Positions 45,478 through 59,590 of a stretch of 64,000 nt of DNA are shown here, piece by piece (the first letter of the stretch is position 1; each line of letters starts with the position of its first letter). This DNA comes from Octopus vulgaris (Eukaryota). Location of the stretch: the NCBI GenBank assembly GCA_951406725.2, contig OX597814.1:83762001-83826000 (forward strand), given 5' to 3'. The notes below the pieces were generated by a model. That model was given only the letters and a program-made list of their open reading frames with translations, made no database searches and was not told where the DNA came from. A program made the translations under genes and the position numbers.

Positions 45478-47083
45478 GTGGCAATGAGGGAAAACAAATT
45501 TACGCGGAGTGGAAAAAAAACATTCACATGGAGAGTTTAAACTAATTCACGTGGAAAATTAAATACCTCGACAAAAAAGAAATAAAATTCTTGTGCAAAC
45601 TAACGAAAATTGTAAAATATGGAAGACTTGTTAGCTGGGATAGTTGAGTTGCAAAAACAGCAATAACTCAAGGAACGAGAACAACAATGATAAATAGGAT
45701 TGCAGCAGCAAATGTTACACCTAATGAAGTTGATAACCAATTCGGAGAATACATTTTCACCTGATCATGTAACAAATTCCATAAACGAACTCAAATATGA
45801 CCCCGATGAAGGAGTAACCTTTGAGGCTTACTTTTGAAGATTTCAACAAATTTTTGAAAAAGAATGTAAAGATTGGATGAACGAAAAGAAAACTTGTTTA
45901 CTTTTAAGAAAACTAGCAGCAGCAGAACATGACAGATGTAGTAACTTCATATTGCCAAAAAAAAGCATCTGACATAAATTTCACCAACACCATTGAAATT
46001 TTGAGCAAAATGTTTATTGAAAAGAGCTCATTGTTCAATACTAGATGGAAATGTTTAAACATAAAAAAGAGCAAGGATGAAGACTTCACTATTTATACAG
46101 GCAATCAAGACTGTGAGAGATTAAAGCTAGATATGCTTACTCCAGATTTTTTCAGGTGTTTGATTTTTGCACAAAGATTGATAGAGTGGATGCAGAAATC
46201 TGAACGAAAATTCTATCAAAACTGGAAATGAACCAGGATTTGACATTGCAGAAACTGTCAGAAGAGTGACTGGATATTAAAATTAAGATAGGACACAAAA
46301 AATTCAACAGAATGGGTGTTTCCACATAAGACCAGTGCAAAAAAAATCTGAAGACAAAGTGTTGCAGGAAAGATAAAAAAATATTGGGACGTAGACCCAT
46401 CTATGGCATGTGGTGGGATGCACCTGGAAAAAGATTGTCCGTATACAAAAGCAAAGTGTTTTCGCTGCAGATTTACAGGATATAAAATCACACTGCAAAA
46501 CTAGAATGATAGGAAAATGGAACAAACAAGAAAAAATAGTTTGTCAGAAGGAAAAGTTGTGACTATAACAAACAGAAAATTTGTGAAAGTGAGAATTGAA
46601 AACACTAGTGTCAGAATACAATTAGATATGGGACGTGATATCACAATCATAAATGAGAAAACATGGGAACAAATAGGTAAACCAAAATTATGTAGTTCAA
46701 ACAAAATAGCATATGGTGTTACAAGAAGAAAATTATATTTTAGGGGCAAACATGTTTGTAATATAATGTTCAAAAGTTGAACCAAAAATGTTAATGTTTA
46801 TGTGTTGAAAAAAATTCCATGAATTTATTTAGCACTGAATGTATGGAGAAATTTAATTTATGTATACACCCATAAGCACTTTATGCAATATCATAAATGG
46901 AGGAGTCAAATGATCAAACAAGGTTGATGAACTGAAACAAAAAAAGAAAATCTTTCCCAAAAGATTATCCTAATCAGAATCATCACTAAGTGACATGGAT
47001 TAGCAGAGTCCATGCATAAAAACAAAAGCAAGGTTTGCTATCAAAGAAAATTCAAAAACCTATTTTCAGGCCCAAACGGAACA
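45478..47083 (+). mobile_element. Ty3/Gypsy (Mag-like) internal fragment: PBS, gag and protease, pseudogenised
   Basis: PBS-like TGGCAATGAGG at ~45479. Gag from ATG 45619 (YDPDEGVTFEAY...LLLRKL...SLFNTRWKCL), Cys/His knuckles, protease QLDMG.DITII, and KPIFRPKR at the end. Confidence 0.85.
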
Positions 47084-47089
47084 TAATTA

Positions 47090-47308
<219 letters not shown>

Positions 47309-47883
47309 TTATAGTTAAAATATAACATATTAGTCAATGTTTGTAAATGAGATTATAATCAAATTAAATACAGTTATATTACTGGTATCTGTTTTATTAA
47401 CAGATGAGAAATGTAAGAGACAATTAGCTCCAGCAGAATTTGAACTCAGAACACAAACAAAAATACTGTAAACCATTCATTCTGGTATTCTATTTACTTA
47501 CTGACCTAAATACAGAACTGTTTAGGCTAAACAAGTTGAATTATATTTCAAGTAATTAGCATAGGTAAAATAAATCCAAAATATTATTGGTATTCTAATC
47601 AAAACTGGGAAGTAAAACTGATTTTGCAGGATTTGAACTCATAACTTCAGAAGACTGATTTTGTTGCAGCCAACAATAACCTCTTATACAGATTAATCTT
47701 GTATATTTCTCTTGTCATGAATAACACAATCAAAATCTTTAATGTCACTTTAATGGTGCTAGGAACCACTACTGCTAATTGTTCTTGACAACATCACAAG
47801 TAGCATCCTAAAGACAAGTCTTCTTCAGAGCCAGAAAACATACCAACTTTTTTTTGTATAATCTGGCAATTCTTAAAGCTTAA

Positions 47884-48101
47884 CCCTTTAGCATCCAAAT
47901 CACTCAGTCAAATGTAATGGTTATTTATTCACATTGTTTTGAATTAATCATGCATTATTTTGTGATTTCGAGATTTTGATGCGATTGTTTTATTCTTAGA
48001 ATGACATTGTAGGACAGATGTGAAAGGCTGGATCTGGTCAGTTTGAACATAAAACAGGTAGAATATTTGGGCCTGATATGGTCAGTTTAAATACTAAAGG
48101 G
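47884..48101. mobile_element. piggyBac-type MITE
   Basis: TTAA|CCCTTTAGCAT...ATACTAAAGGG|TTAA. Confidence 0.85.
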
Positions 48102-48989
48102 TTAAAGACCCACAATAGAATACTGCTCTCACATTTGATGGTGTATTGTTTGTACATAACAACCTTGACTGCATCCATTGGTAAAACTTGCTCACAAATA
48201 CTTTATAAGGTTTAACCTACGAACAGTCTCCTCTTATTAATGCATGATTAATTTATTAGCTTAAAATATTTATGTCCTATTGTAATGGATAATGTAAATG
48301 TCAACTCCAATTAGACACACACATTTTCCTCCTACTATATCCCTGTCTGCCTCACCCATGAGACGCTAACCACTACCCACATTTTTCCTGCAGACATCAC
48401 CGTACAGATGTTCAGACTGAACATTGACCATACAGATTTCACTACTCAAAGAGCTTGGTTAAGGTTATTGGCATTACCATCCGTAATTTGTACAAATTAT
48501 ATGATCTTCAATACAAGATAATAGAACCATTCTAGCATCTTCACAGCTACTGTACCATTCAAAATCTAAAATGCATCCAAGCTGGAAACTGAAATTAAAA
48601 CACTTGTGTCATCAACATTGTTAGCCAACCCCATATCACATTTTCACTACCCACATCTGTTTCTTTCCCTTTGAAAGTGACAGTAGTTGATAGAGTCAAA
48701 GAGGCTAGCAATTACATCACAAGTTATCCATTTCCAGCACACCATCCTAGATTTAGTTGGATTTAACTTAGCCTTTTATCTCTATCTTACAAGTACCGGT
48801 AATATTTTAAGGTAAAATAAGCCAATTTAATGTAACTAAAGCACTTGAAAAAATATTAAAAGTTTTTGCTTACACAAAACATGTCATAGAATTAAGATGT
48901 CGATTAACTAAGAACTAATACATACACATGCATGTGCGCACACACACACACACAACTCTAAATAAATTTATTGTACAGATTGCATTTAC

Positions 48990-49102
48990 CTTTGTTACAG
49001 AATCATTGACATTAATTGCTGGAACTTTCAGTTGTTTCCTCTCTAACATCTTGTACAAATTATGGACACCAGTGGTAGTTTCCTCAGACAAACCCTTAAT
49101 CC
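48990..49102 (-). CDS. AHCY: AHCY exon 5 ([16 protein letters not shown]...NVNDSVTK)
   Basis: EETTTGV motif, with AG/GT boundaries. Confidence 0.98.
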
Positions 49103-50007
49103 CTGAAAACATCAATGTGAAATTCATTTAATCATAAAATTTACGGTTGTTAAAAAATGAAAAATACTTTTGTCAAGATTTCTTAACCAAAGTGATAAGA
49201 CATTACTATAACTCATTCACCTCTCAGTTGAACAAATTGTTTGCAGACTTAGCTCCAGAAAGCACAACATAAAAACTGGCAACCTGATTAAAATACATGA
49301 AAGACACTTTTGTACTCTGGCAACACAAAGACAGTGCCTAAGTTGCTGGAGACTACATCCGTAAATCCAGTTTACTCTGAAGGAGGGAAACAACCAACTA
49401 TTATTCTTTGGTATACTGGTACAACAAAAGACAGAAGCAGGTGTGAGAACATCAGTACATTAAAACACAACAGACACTGGACTGCACCATTATAAGCTCA
49501 CATACAAGAAACAAGTTACTTGAAAATACATTTCTAGCAAACAAATTACCCAGCCCATCATATAAAACTTATGGTCATTCAAGCACAAAACAGGGGTTAA
49601 ACCAAACTGTCTGAGAAAATATAGAGAATCAGCAACATATTTCAGAAACATGTTCAAATAAAACACCTTACTTCATAGATTCTTCAGAGTCAAATTACCT
49701 CAACAGTGGCTAGAATCTAATCTTGCACCTGTAATTTTAAACAGTTGCAGAAATCAAACAAGAAATTCAGAGACATCTAAAGGTCTTCTGAAAGCCTGAA
49801 TAAAAAGCAGATCAAAATAATACTGGCCTCATAATTAAAGATACCAGACTTTATAAACTATTATGATACCTAGGAATAACAGATTAACAAGATCAACCAA
49901 TTTAAATATTCTGAGTATAGATGGCAGAAAAATTTGTAAAACACTTAAGAAATTAGATTCATAACAACACAATGCAAAAGGCTAAAGATATATTTGCATA
50001 CTCTTAC

Positions 50008-50107
50008 CTTCTAATAATTGTGGATATTTGGTGTGAATCAAATTAGTAAGATCACCACCATCATCAAGGATCAAATTCAGAGGTTGACCATCTTTGAAAT
50101 ATAGTGT
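50008..50107 (-). CDS. AHCY: AHCY exon 4 ([21 protein letters not shown]...)
   Basis: ILDDGGDLT motif, with AG/GT boundaries. Confidence 0.97.
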
Positions 50108-50981
50108 CTTAAATAAAAGAACAGAACAATAGTGAAAAATATTATAAAGCATAACCGTTAAAATATATTTCAAATTGATAACTGTAATGCATTAGATCAC
50201 TAACCATATGATCTTATATTTAAATATAATTACTATAGTTACTACGATGAATATATATATATATATATATATGTAAAAAAATTTACATACTTCAGCTTGT
50301 CCTATTGCAAACAAACTTCACAGCTAAGAGGTTAATAACAGCAATTTAGTTATATTGCCTTAGTCTTGTTCTTTTCACACCTTTTTCTTGCTTTCTTTCT
50401 TTAACTTTACCACTATTGTTATTCAGAAACAAAACAGAAACTACTGCACATATTATAGTTAATAGTTAGTGCCAAAAAGGATATTGGGTTGTAACAAAAT
50501 CTCTTATAATTTAAAATATCTGTGATTGTTATAAAGTTAACTCAAAATAATAAAGAAAATATACAAGATGTTCACACTGATGAATACAAGAGACAGGGCA
50601 AAGGGATAAACAAGACAAAGTGAATCAGTGTGATTACACTGGAGACAAAGGGATGATTTGGTATAAAACAAATCAAAACTTTGCTTGTTGCTGTTGTAAT
50701 TGCTGCACATTTCATTGTCTGTGTTATAGATTCACTAACATTGCCAACAGATTTGTCATGTGATTAACAACTATTATAAAGCCAATAGAGGAACCTCTAT
50801 GCAGTAGCTCAACCAGCTTGAAATCGTTATATCTCCCTAGAACTACACAACACACTATGCCTGCAAGGTTGACATGGAGTTAAACAGCAACAATAGTCCT
50901 CATGTAAAAATATGACTTTACTAAACAGTAATATACTGCAAAATGACAGATTTGTTGCCTAACAATATCAGGGCTGTTTAC

Positions 50982-51110
50982 CTGCTCAATACACCAAATA
51001 TATTCTTCATCAGTTTCTCCTTTCCAAGCATAAACAGGGACACCAGTTTTAGCAATAGCAGCTGCTGCATTGTCTTGAGTGGAGAAAATATTACAACTAG
51101 ACCACTGGAC
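50982..51110 (-). CDS. AHCY: AHCY exon 3 ([20 protein letters not shown]...[16 protein letters not shown])
   Basis: SCNIFSTQD motif, with ttccag acceptor and gtaaac donor. Confidence 0.98.
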
Positions 51111-51898
51111 CTGGAAAAGAAAAAGAAAATAGAAGAGTGTTAAAATACACTAAGGCCAAACGAATTCAGAAAATGTCAGTGTCTGAATATCCGAATAATT
51201 TAATGATAGTTCGGAAAATAACGGTACCATCTCACTCACAGGGGCGATAACTTATACGGCAATAATTCTTTGTGGAGTTATTCCCCCTTTACCTTGAACA
51301 GATTTTAACGTTATTATTAGAAAACTACTAAGTGTAAAAGTTTTTAAATGAAATCTGTTTAGCCCACCTCATTATTACAAACACTAGAAATAGGCAGCAT
51401 GAAGTAACATTTTTCCACTCCATGATAGGTTAAAGTTTTTTCTCGAGTTATGCCGACTCATAAGGACCGGTTTCCGTGTTTCCATGGCATATTAATTCCC
51501 CGCCTGGACAGGGCACCAGTCTGGCACAGGATTACTCATTTTACTGGGTGGACTGGCGTAATGTGAAATGAAGTGTTTTGTTCAAGAACACAAAAACGTC
51601 GCCTGGTCCAGGAGTTGAAACCACAATCTTATGATCATAAATCCAACACCCTAACCACTAAGCCCACGTGCCTCTTCATGATAGCCAAGGAGTTGATACT
51701 GGGAAATGCAAAGAAGACGCTTAAGAGAAATGAAGATACCATCGCATCTGTGAACAGCATGCCAAAGCCAGAAAACATGATTTAAGGAAGCAAGAGATTA
51801 AGAATCATGGCTATTTCTATATAGTAACCTAAAATGATGTAAACATGGATGCCAAGTTACTGGGAACAATAAAATTTCAAAAACAGCAAAACAGTTAC

Positions 51899-52089
51899 CT
51901 CTGCTCCAAGCTCTGTAAGAGTTTCAATTAAAACAGCAGTTTGGACAGTCATATGCAAACATCCAGCAATACGTGCACCCTTAAGAATTTTATTGCTGCC
52001 ATAACGTTTACGCATTTCCATGAGCCCAGGCATTTCTTTCTCAGCCAAAGTAATTGCCAGTCGGCCACTTTCGGCAAGTTTGATGTCAG
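51899..52089 (-). CDS. AHCY: AHCY exon 2 ([10 protein letters not shown]...[25 protein letters not shown])
   Basis: GCLHMT motif, with AG/GT boundaries. Confidence 0.98.
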
Positions 52090-52340
52090 CTAACAAAAAT
52101 AACAGGTGAAATATAAAGTTAAAACAAGTCAGATTATCAAAATTTCAAGTTCTTTCCATTTTATGAATACTTAATAAAAAGATATTTTTCCAGTGTTTTC
52201 ACCTATCATTTTTTCCTTACATAATCTCAAGGGTTAATATTTTGTTTTGCACGACCATGTCTTCAGTTCCTGTTGTGTGGTTGATGTATAAAGAAATATT
52301 CAGAGAAAATCAAGTAGCTCATTTACAATTCAATTGTTAT

Positions 52341-53173
52341 CAAATCAAATCAAAACAAATCAAAATAGATGAACATCAATGGAATTTGTATCTTTGTGGC
52401 ACACAAGAAAACCATCCGAACGTGGCCGTAGCCAGTACCGCATCGACTGGCCTTCGTGCTGTGGGCACATAACAAACACCATCCGATCGTGGCCGTTCGT
52501 CAGCCTCATCTGGCACCTGTGTCGGTGGCACATAAAAACACCATCCGAAGACCCGGCAAGACTAGTCAGGCCATAACCCGTGGCCCCTACCTGGGACGTA
52601 GTCAGTCCACCTGTGCATACCTTCCTTCTTGTGACACTTGTGAAGACCTGTTGAGGTAAGTGAAAATCAAATCAAAACAAATCAAAATAGATGAACATCA
52701 ATGGAATTTGTATCTTTGTGGTACCAGTGCCGGTGGCACACAAGGAAACCATCCGAACGTGGCCGTAGCCAGTACCACATCGACTGGCCTCCGTGCTGTG
52801 GGCACGTAACAAACACCATCCGATCGTGGCCATTCGCCAGCCTCATCTGGCACCTGTGTCGGTGGCACATAAAACACCATCCGAGCGTGGCCGTCTGCCA
52901 GCCTCGTCTGGCACCTGTGTTGGTGGCACAAAAAAAAAGAAAAAAAACACCATCCGAGCGTGGCCGTTCGCCAGCCTCGTCTGGCACCTGTGTCGGTGGC
53001 ACATAAAATCACCCACTACACTCTCGGAGTGGTTGGCGTTAGGAAGGGCATCCAGCTGTAGAAACACTGCCAGATCTGACTGGCCTGGTGCAGCCTTCGG
53101 GCTCCCCAGACCCCAGTTGAACCGTCCAACCCATGCTAGCATGGAAAGCGGACGTTAAATGATGATGATGATG
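52341..53173 (+). mobile_element. RTE 3'-UTR copy with internal tandem duplications
   Basis: The block AAATCAAATCAAAACAAATCAAAATAGATGAACATCAATGG occurs at 52341 and ~52664. Several GGTGGCACA..AAACACCATCCG modules, and a (GAT)n tail. Confidence 0.88.
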
Positions 53174-56100
53174 TGATTATGTTCGCCAAAAGTTCCCTGA
53201 ATCTGCTACTGGTTTTTCAAGACAAGTTTTCAGTAAACTCTGACTGACATACTAGAGAAACCCAGTTTCAGTCATTGTTTCCAATATCTCATGTTAAAAT
53301 ACACCAAGAAGTACTCTCAGTATTTTGATTACTCTTATTCACAATACACTCATACAACAAATTCTACATGCCAATAAAAGGACTCCCCTCCATACATACA
53401 CAAGGATGTATCTGACTCATGCATTGTTTGCTTTCCAGACATTTGTACATTATTGCATATACTCTGACAAGTTGTGGTGCACCTGAGCACTGTATACAAT
53501 AATTTCATTATTATATTGTTATTATAAATGAAACAGTGAGAATCAAAATACATGTACACTTATTTAACATGCTTGTGGACAAAAGAACATGAAAGGCATT
53601 CACTGTGGGATTTTGTCGAAAAAAAACTTGTGCATATACTAAGTTAATTCTAGCTTGGCAAACTTGTGTTCAGATAGGGACAAAAGCCATAACTTCAAAT
53701 GATCAAGACAATATCTGTCACACAAAGGGCAAAATCACACTGAAAAATTGTTTGATACTCCGTTGTTACTTGGAGCTCAGCTAATTGTGTTTCTACATTC
53801 TAGTGTACAGGAACATATTAAAAATAAATAAATAGACTGACTGGGTGGCTGAGTGAGTGTGTATAAAAAATTCATTACTAGTGAAAAACACGTCTCCTAG
53901 GGAGACGTATCCACAATGTTATGTCAGCTCCAAGTTTTGTGAGTGTGGTCATGAAGGATTCACTTGTGTTGCTAAAGCCCTTGAGTTACACTTAACATCA
54001 ATCTTTTTCCCTTCCTCATTAACACACATATTACATTATGTCAGTAGGTGAAATATTTATCTCGGTTTGTGCCAAGTGTTCAAAGGTTGATAAGAGATAT
54101 CTTTGAGGTTTTCACAAAAATGGGGAAGAAGCTCATTAAAAAGATAAACAATATAAAATCAACCCCATTGCCAAGTAAAAAATGGGCAGATTTGTCTAAT
54201 TCACAAAAATTCCATACACATGTCCCTAGCTTTGAAAGGAGATATCAAAACACCTAACAGTTGGGGCCATGAGATTTTTTAGGCACAGGCATGGTTAAGT
54301 GTTAAGCTAGCTTCCCCACCTGCGTGGTTTTGGGTGTCTTCTATTATAGACCCAAGTTAACAAAAGCCTTGTGAGTGAATTTGGTAGGAAGAAACTAAAA
54401 GAAGCATGTATGTCTATATGTATATATACACATACCTCAAAAGAAAATAGACATCCCTTGTTATGTTTTACCTGTGCAGCCACTACCTATTAGTATAAAG
54501 CCCAAACAGGTAACTAATTAAAAACTGCACAGGATATTAAATACTAGATTAAGTATTTAAATGCATCAAACAGCATTTTGTTTCTAGAAATAAATCTTTT
54601 AAAAAGAAAAAAGGTATTTAGTTTTGAGAGGCCCTGTATGTGTGTGTGGGGGGGTACATATGTTGTCATGATTGTACTCTACCACTACTTGACAACCAAT
54701 GTTTGCTTAGGTCTCAGTAACTTCATGGTTCAGCAAAGGAGACTGGTAGAATAAGTAACAGACTAATAAAAAATTAATGCTGGGGCCAATTTGCTCAAAT
54801 TAATTCAAGGTGGGTCCAGTAACTGAAACTAATAAAAAGTAAAAAAATTCTGGAGTTCCATGCCAACATAAGGTTTAATAAGACTTAAATATGTCTGATA
54901 CCACCATACTGCAAAAATCCACTCACTCCATATTACCATTTTCCATTAATTTTCATTGATATATTGTTATATTTGGGCATGGTCATCTTATGCCAATAAA
55001 ACACATTTATTTGATCTTCACTTTAGCTTTTTTATTGTTGTTGTTGTTGTTGTTATAATTATTATTATTAAGGTGGCAAACTGGCAAAATTGTTAGCATG
55101 TAGGGCAAAATGCTTAGCAGTATTATATCTGTTACATTCTGGTTTCAATTTCTGCTGAAGTCGACTTTGCCTCTCATCTTTTTGAGGTCATTAAATTAAG
55201 CACCAGTGAAATACTGGGGTTGACGTAATCAACTAGTCTCCTCTCCTAAAATTTCAGGCCTTGTGCCTCTAGTAGAAAGGATTATTTTTAGTTTGTCAGT
55301 TCTGTTGTCAGACATTCTGTGACCACTTTATTAACTTTCTGTCCCTTGTGTCTCCTCTTCTCTATGGTCTTGTCTTCTCTATTCCATTTTGTCATTCATT
55401 AATATAAATTTTGGAGAAGTCTTCCCTTCCTTTCTTGTTAAGAATTAAAATATTTTCTCATTATTGAGGGAGTAATTTTAATTATTTCTTGGCTCTGCAT
55501 ACCACATCTGACACCACTATCACACAGCTTTGCTGCAATTTTCTTGTTTTCATTTACTATTGTGAATGACATTAAAGCCTTCAGTATTGATATTAGTTCA
55601 CAAACAGTAAAAATAAAATATTTTTGATGCAAATAACAGCAACCTGGGAGATTTAAGATAAGTAAAGATACAGTGAACTGAAAACTCCTTTAATAGCTGC
55701 TATTTGCACAATAAGAAATTGATAAAGAAATTTTAAAAAATATACAAAAAAAATTTTCAAAATGAAATTATTTTCACAAAAGTACTAGATAACAAATAAG
55801 AGCTTATGTGTTAATTGTGTAAGGAAAAAAGTAAAGCAAATATTTTTTTAAATTAAAAGAAAATTTCTAAATCAGAGAAAAGCAATTTTACATTAAAAAA
55901 ATATCAAAGAGCCATTTTAAATTTTCCTACACAAGTTATTGATCTATAAATGCACTTCTACAGATTTAAGAATTTTCAGCCTCCTTAGTGACAGCTGTAT
56001 TTTCATGCATATGCGCTTGCAAAATATTTTGCAATAATATTGTTTACCAAGATATTTTTTCAAATGCTTTGTTTCAGTCGGCAATACTGTCTTAAAGCAT

Positions 56101-58216
56101 GGACACATTGGGCAGTTGCCTGGCGTCCTCATAGGTCTAGGGCCCAATTCTGATCTATATATGCTGCAGTTTGTTGTCAATAATTACTATAGGGCCCAGT
56201 GCATTGGTTTACCTGAGGAAGGCTTATAATGCTGCCAAGATGACCCTGTCTATCAGTTTTGTTGGAACAAATTTCTGCATCTTAATTTGAAGTGTTAACC
56301 ATACTGTCAATAATCTAATCTGCAAAAGTAATTTCTCATCATTGGCAACTACAATCCATTCATTAATATCATTGTCGTTCACTTTCAACTAGAATAAAGC
56401 AATGTTACATGCACGATTTCATGTGGATTCCAACTAGATGTTATCTAACAAGACTAAATAATCTTTGGACTGCTAGAAATGGAAGCCAAATCTTCCTTAA
56501 ACCTTAAATGTAATCTTTGATGAACTATGCTTGAATAAAAGCCACATTGGTCACAACTGAAATACCTTTGATTGCTGGTCCACTAAACTAAAGTTGACCG
56601 GAAGTTAAATTACAAAAGCAAAAAAATAATTTTTAAATCAATGTAAAATTGGTTTTGGAATGGCTACAAAATGGGTCTAATGCAGAATTGTACCTCTCCT
56701 TGAAAAATGCATTTAAAAAATGGTTTTTGGATTCCTATGTTTCAAGATGCTGGAGATTACAAATATGCAAAGCAAAAAATTCTTTTATGCCTCGTTAACT
56801 CTCCTAGAGTTACCAATAGTTATTTGGTTTTCATTCTAATAGCTCCACTTGGTAATCCTTGTATTTGTATAATTTGTTTTTCTTCTTATTGTGAAGTTTA
56901 TCATCTGTGATCATATTGGGGTACCACCATTTGGTGCCAATTAAAATAGCACATTTAATATTTATGTCCACTCTGCCAGGTGGATGGTGTTAGGAAGGGT
57001 ATCTAGCTGTAAAAACCATGCCAAAACAGAGACAAAAGTCTGGTGCAGGCTCATGCCTGGCCAGCTCCCATCAAACCATCCAACCCATGCTAATATGGAA
57101 GGCGGACATTAAACAATGATATTTGTCTCAATATACTATTTAGCATTTTCACTAATTGTTGTTCTTGAAGATCTGGAGTTAAATGCTTTAGCCTTGTCTG
57201 ACAACTAAAGCACTTTCCTTACAAAATTCTTCACAAAATGTTTTTAATATTCAGTAGGTCACTTTTTCCCACCCCAGTCAACATTGCAGTGTAAGGCATT
57301 TTAACCAATATTAATCATTCTGTTAATCCATAATTTACAGGGGTTTTTTTCCCTTGGATTTCAAAAGTGGTTTATTGTTGCAGGCATACAATGTTTTCCT
57401 CACCGCTTGTGTCAATCTCACCTATCTAAGTATTAGTATAAACTTTCATTGAAAGATAGCCATTTTCTCAAAGTTATGAGAGGGAAAATCAGACCATTTG
57501 AATTTTCTGAAAGTCCTCTCCTTCCTCACAAAAATCTTTATAATTATAATCTATGCCACTTGACATGTATTTCTATAAAATTTCATTTATTTAGATCCAT
57601 TTTCCTGAAAAGTATGAGGGAAAAATCGGATCGTGTGAATTTTCCAAAAAGTCTTCTCCATTTGTTTGCGCAATTTTTTTCATATTCGTTTTCTACACAT
57701 TTTTTACAACTATTAATCGACTTTTTTTTTTTCGGTGACCGAGTGTTAAACTATATATTAACAAAAAAAAAAAAAAAAAAACATACTGCCTACAGCAGAC
57801 CCAAAGTGCCTACCCCCACCCCGCCGCTACTAGTTCTATGACCTGTCTTAGTTCGTTGAGCAAATCCATGAGCAAACCGTTCGCCACGACTATTTCATCT
57901 TGTTTTCAGGCATAGTGCATCTAGGGAGTGACATTATCCAGTGTCCAAGTTTTATAACAGTGGCGTATAATTTGAAAGGCATTTGCCTGCTCTTTCTTAT
58001 TTCTAGCAGGTCGAGTAATCACATGTGTTACCTTGTATTTCCAAGTTCAAACCCTGCCAGGTTTGACTTCGTCCTTCTCACCTATGAAACAAGCTCCAGT
58101 AAGATATTGAGATCTATTTAATTGACCATATCCTTTTTGCGAGAGCTAAAACAAGGTTAAAGAAATCCCTGCAACATAAGGTTCATCACACAAATGAACG
58201 AAGTTAAGGATTAAAA

Positions 58217-59032
58217 GGGGCTAATGCAGTTTCGCACCTATCCCTGAAAATGCCTTCGTTTTAGATGTCGGAGATTACGAATATGCAAAAAAGAAAAAAA
58301 AGCAAATTTTAATTTCTCCCCCACCCAATTTAAATTTTTGATTTTGTTTACTTTAAAGAGATCGTAGCGAATTGAAATCGAAATTAAATAGACAAAAACA
58401 TTAATGTGAGAAGAATTGGTGTTTTGCGTTTGCCTTACATAATCGTAAATAATAATATAATGAAAATTAAATATACACTATTTTATGAGAAACAAACATT
58501 AATATTGGTAAAATCGTGCGGGTGTTACTCTGAAAATTTACCTTAATATTTAATAATTAATGTTATAAAGTTTAATAAGGGGCTCAAATTTCACCCCCTC
58601 CCCTAATTTTTAATTTTGAACACTTACATCTATTTGTCTGTCTGTCTATTTATCCCTATCCGTTTATTCATAAAATATATTTGTCAACTAAATGTGGCAG
58701 TTCTATAGAAGACGATGTTACCGTTGTTTTTAGCCCCAGAAAGACTTTCATATCTATCTATCATTTGATACACCTACCTATATGTTTATTGAATTTAAAA
58801 GTTTCAAAACGTGGTTTCTTGCATATCCGGCATCCCCGTCATAGGGGGCAAAAATTTCGAGAAAGTTCAATATTTTAAATGGGAGGGGGAGGGGTGTTGG
58901 TGGGGGAGTTAATTATTAATTATTATTATTGCGTATTCGTAATCTCCGATATCCAAAACGTAGGAATATGAAGAAAAAAAACTTTTTTTTAAAAAATGCA
59001 TTTTTCAAGAAGTGCAAAACTGCATTAGCCCC
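58217..59032. mobile_element. MITE with GGGG termini and an 8-bp TSD (Merlin-like) in AHCY intron 1
   Basis: TIR GGGGCTAATGCAGTTT(C/T)GCAC at both ends, a second inverted block CGTTTT.GAT.TCGGAGATTACGAATA.GCA, and direct repeat GATTAAAA at 58209-58216 and 59033-59040. Confidence 0.88.
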
Positions 59033-59416
59033 GATTAAAAAAAAAGTTTAGGTCAAGCTCTTGCAAGAATATTGTTGATTAAACATCAAAAATCCAAAGA
59101 TGTTCTAGCCGTGACCACTCTGATTTGAGAGATTTGGCTACTATTTTTAGCCAATAGAGGCTGGTTTTTAAAATAAACTTTCATTCATTTTTACAGTACT
59201 ATAGAAAATTAAATTGACTGAAAAACTCTAGCGGAATTCATCTGAAATGATCTTATAGTCAAGGTATCCAGAGTAACCGGAGTCATGCCGTAATAAGAGA
59301 AAGAGAAAATAAAAGAATATTACTGAATAAAACAAAGTATAGATTTTAAAAAGGGAATTAAAATAGTAATATAAAAAGAGTTAGCTAAAACAATCACTAT
59401 CAGTATATGTACTTAC

Positions 59417-59444
59417 CAACTTTGTAAGGAGGTTTGCTTGCCAT
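59417..59444 (-). CDS. AHCY: AHCY exon 1 coding part (MASKPPYKV)
   Basis: ATG GCA AGC AAA CCT CCT TAC AAA GTT G|gtaagt resembles human MSDKLPYKV. The nine exons total 1296 nt, giving 431 aa. Confidence 0.93.
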
Positions 59445-59499
59445 TCTGTTGATATGAGATGTAAGATAGGACGAGCAAAATGACAATAGATATCTGAAC

Positions 59500-59590
59500 G
59501 AAAAGACAGACGACTACGGGGAACAGCCTTATATACTAGGCTACGAACAAGCACCTGAATGGTTATATATAACAAAAGATCTGATTGGCT
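59500..59590 (-). promoter_or_regulatory. AHCY core promoter: CCAAT box, TATA box and TCT-like initiator
   Basis: Minus strand AGCCAATCAG (59581-59590), TATATAAG (59528-59535) and TCTTTTC with C at 59505, 30 nt downstream of the TATA start. Confidence 0.65.

Noticed and set aside
51240-51288. Hairpin AGGGGCGATAACT...AGTTATTCCCCCT as a possible intronic pre-miRNA
   Set aside because: It depends on G-U pairs that become mismatches on the transcribed minus strand, and it resembles a common molluscan repeat-derived palindrome.
52341-53010. CRISPR-like repeat-spacer pattern (also 43926-44005)
   Set aside because: The context is eukaryotic, the apparent spacers are themselves repeated, and the units belong to the RTE 3'-UTR.
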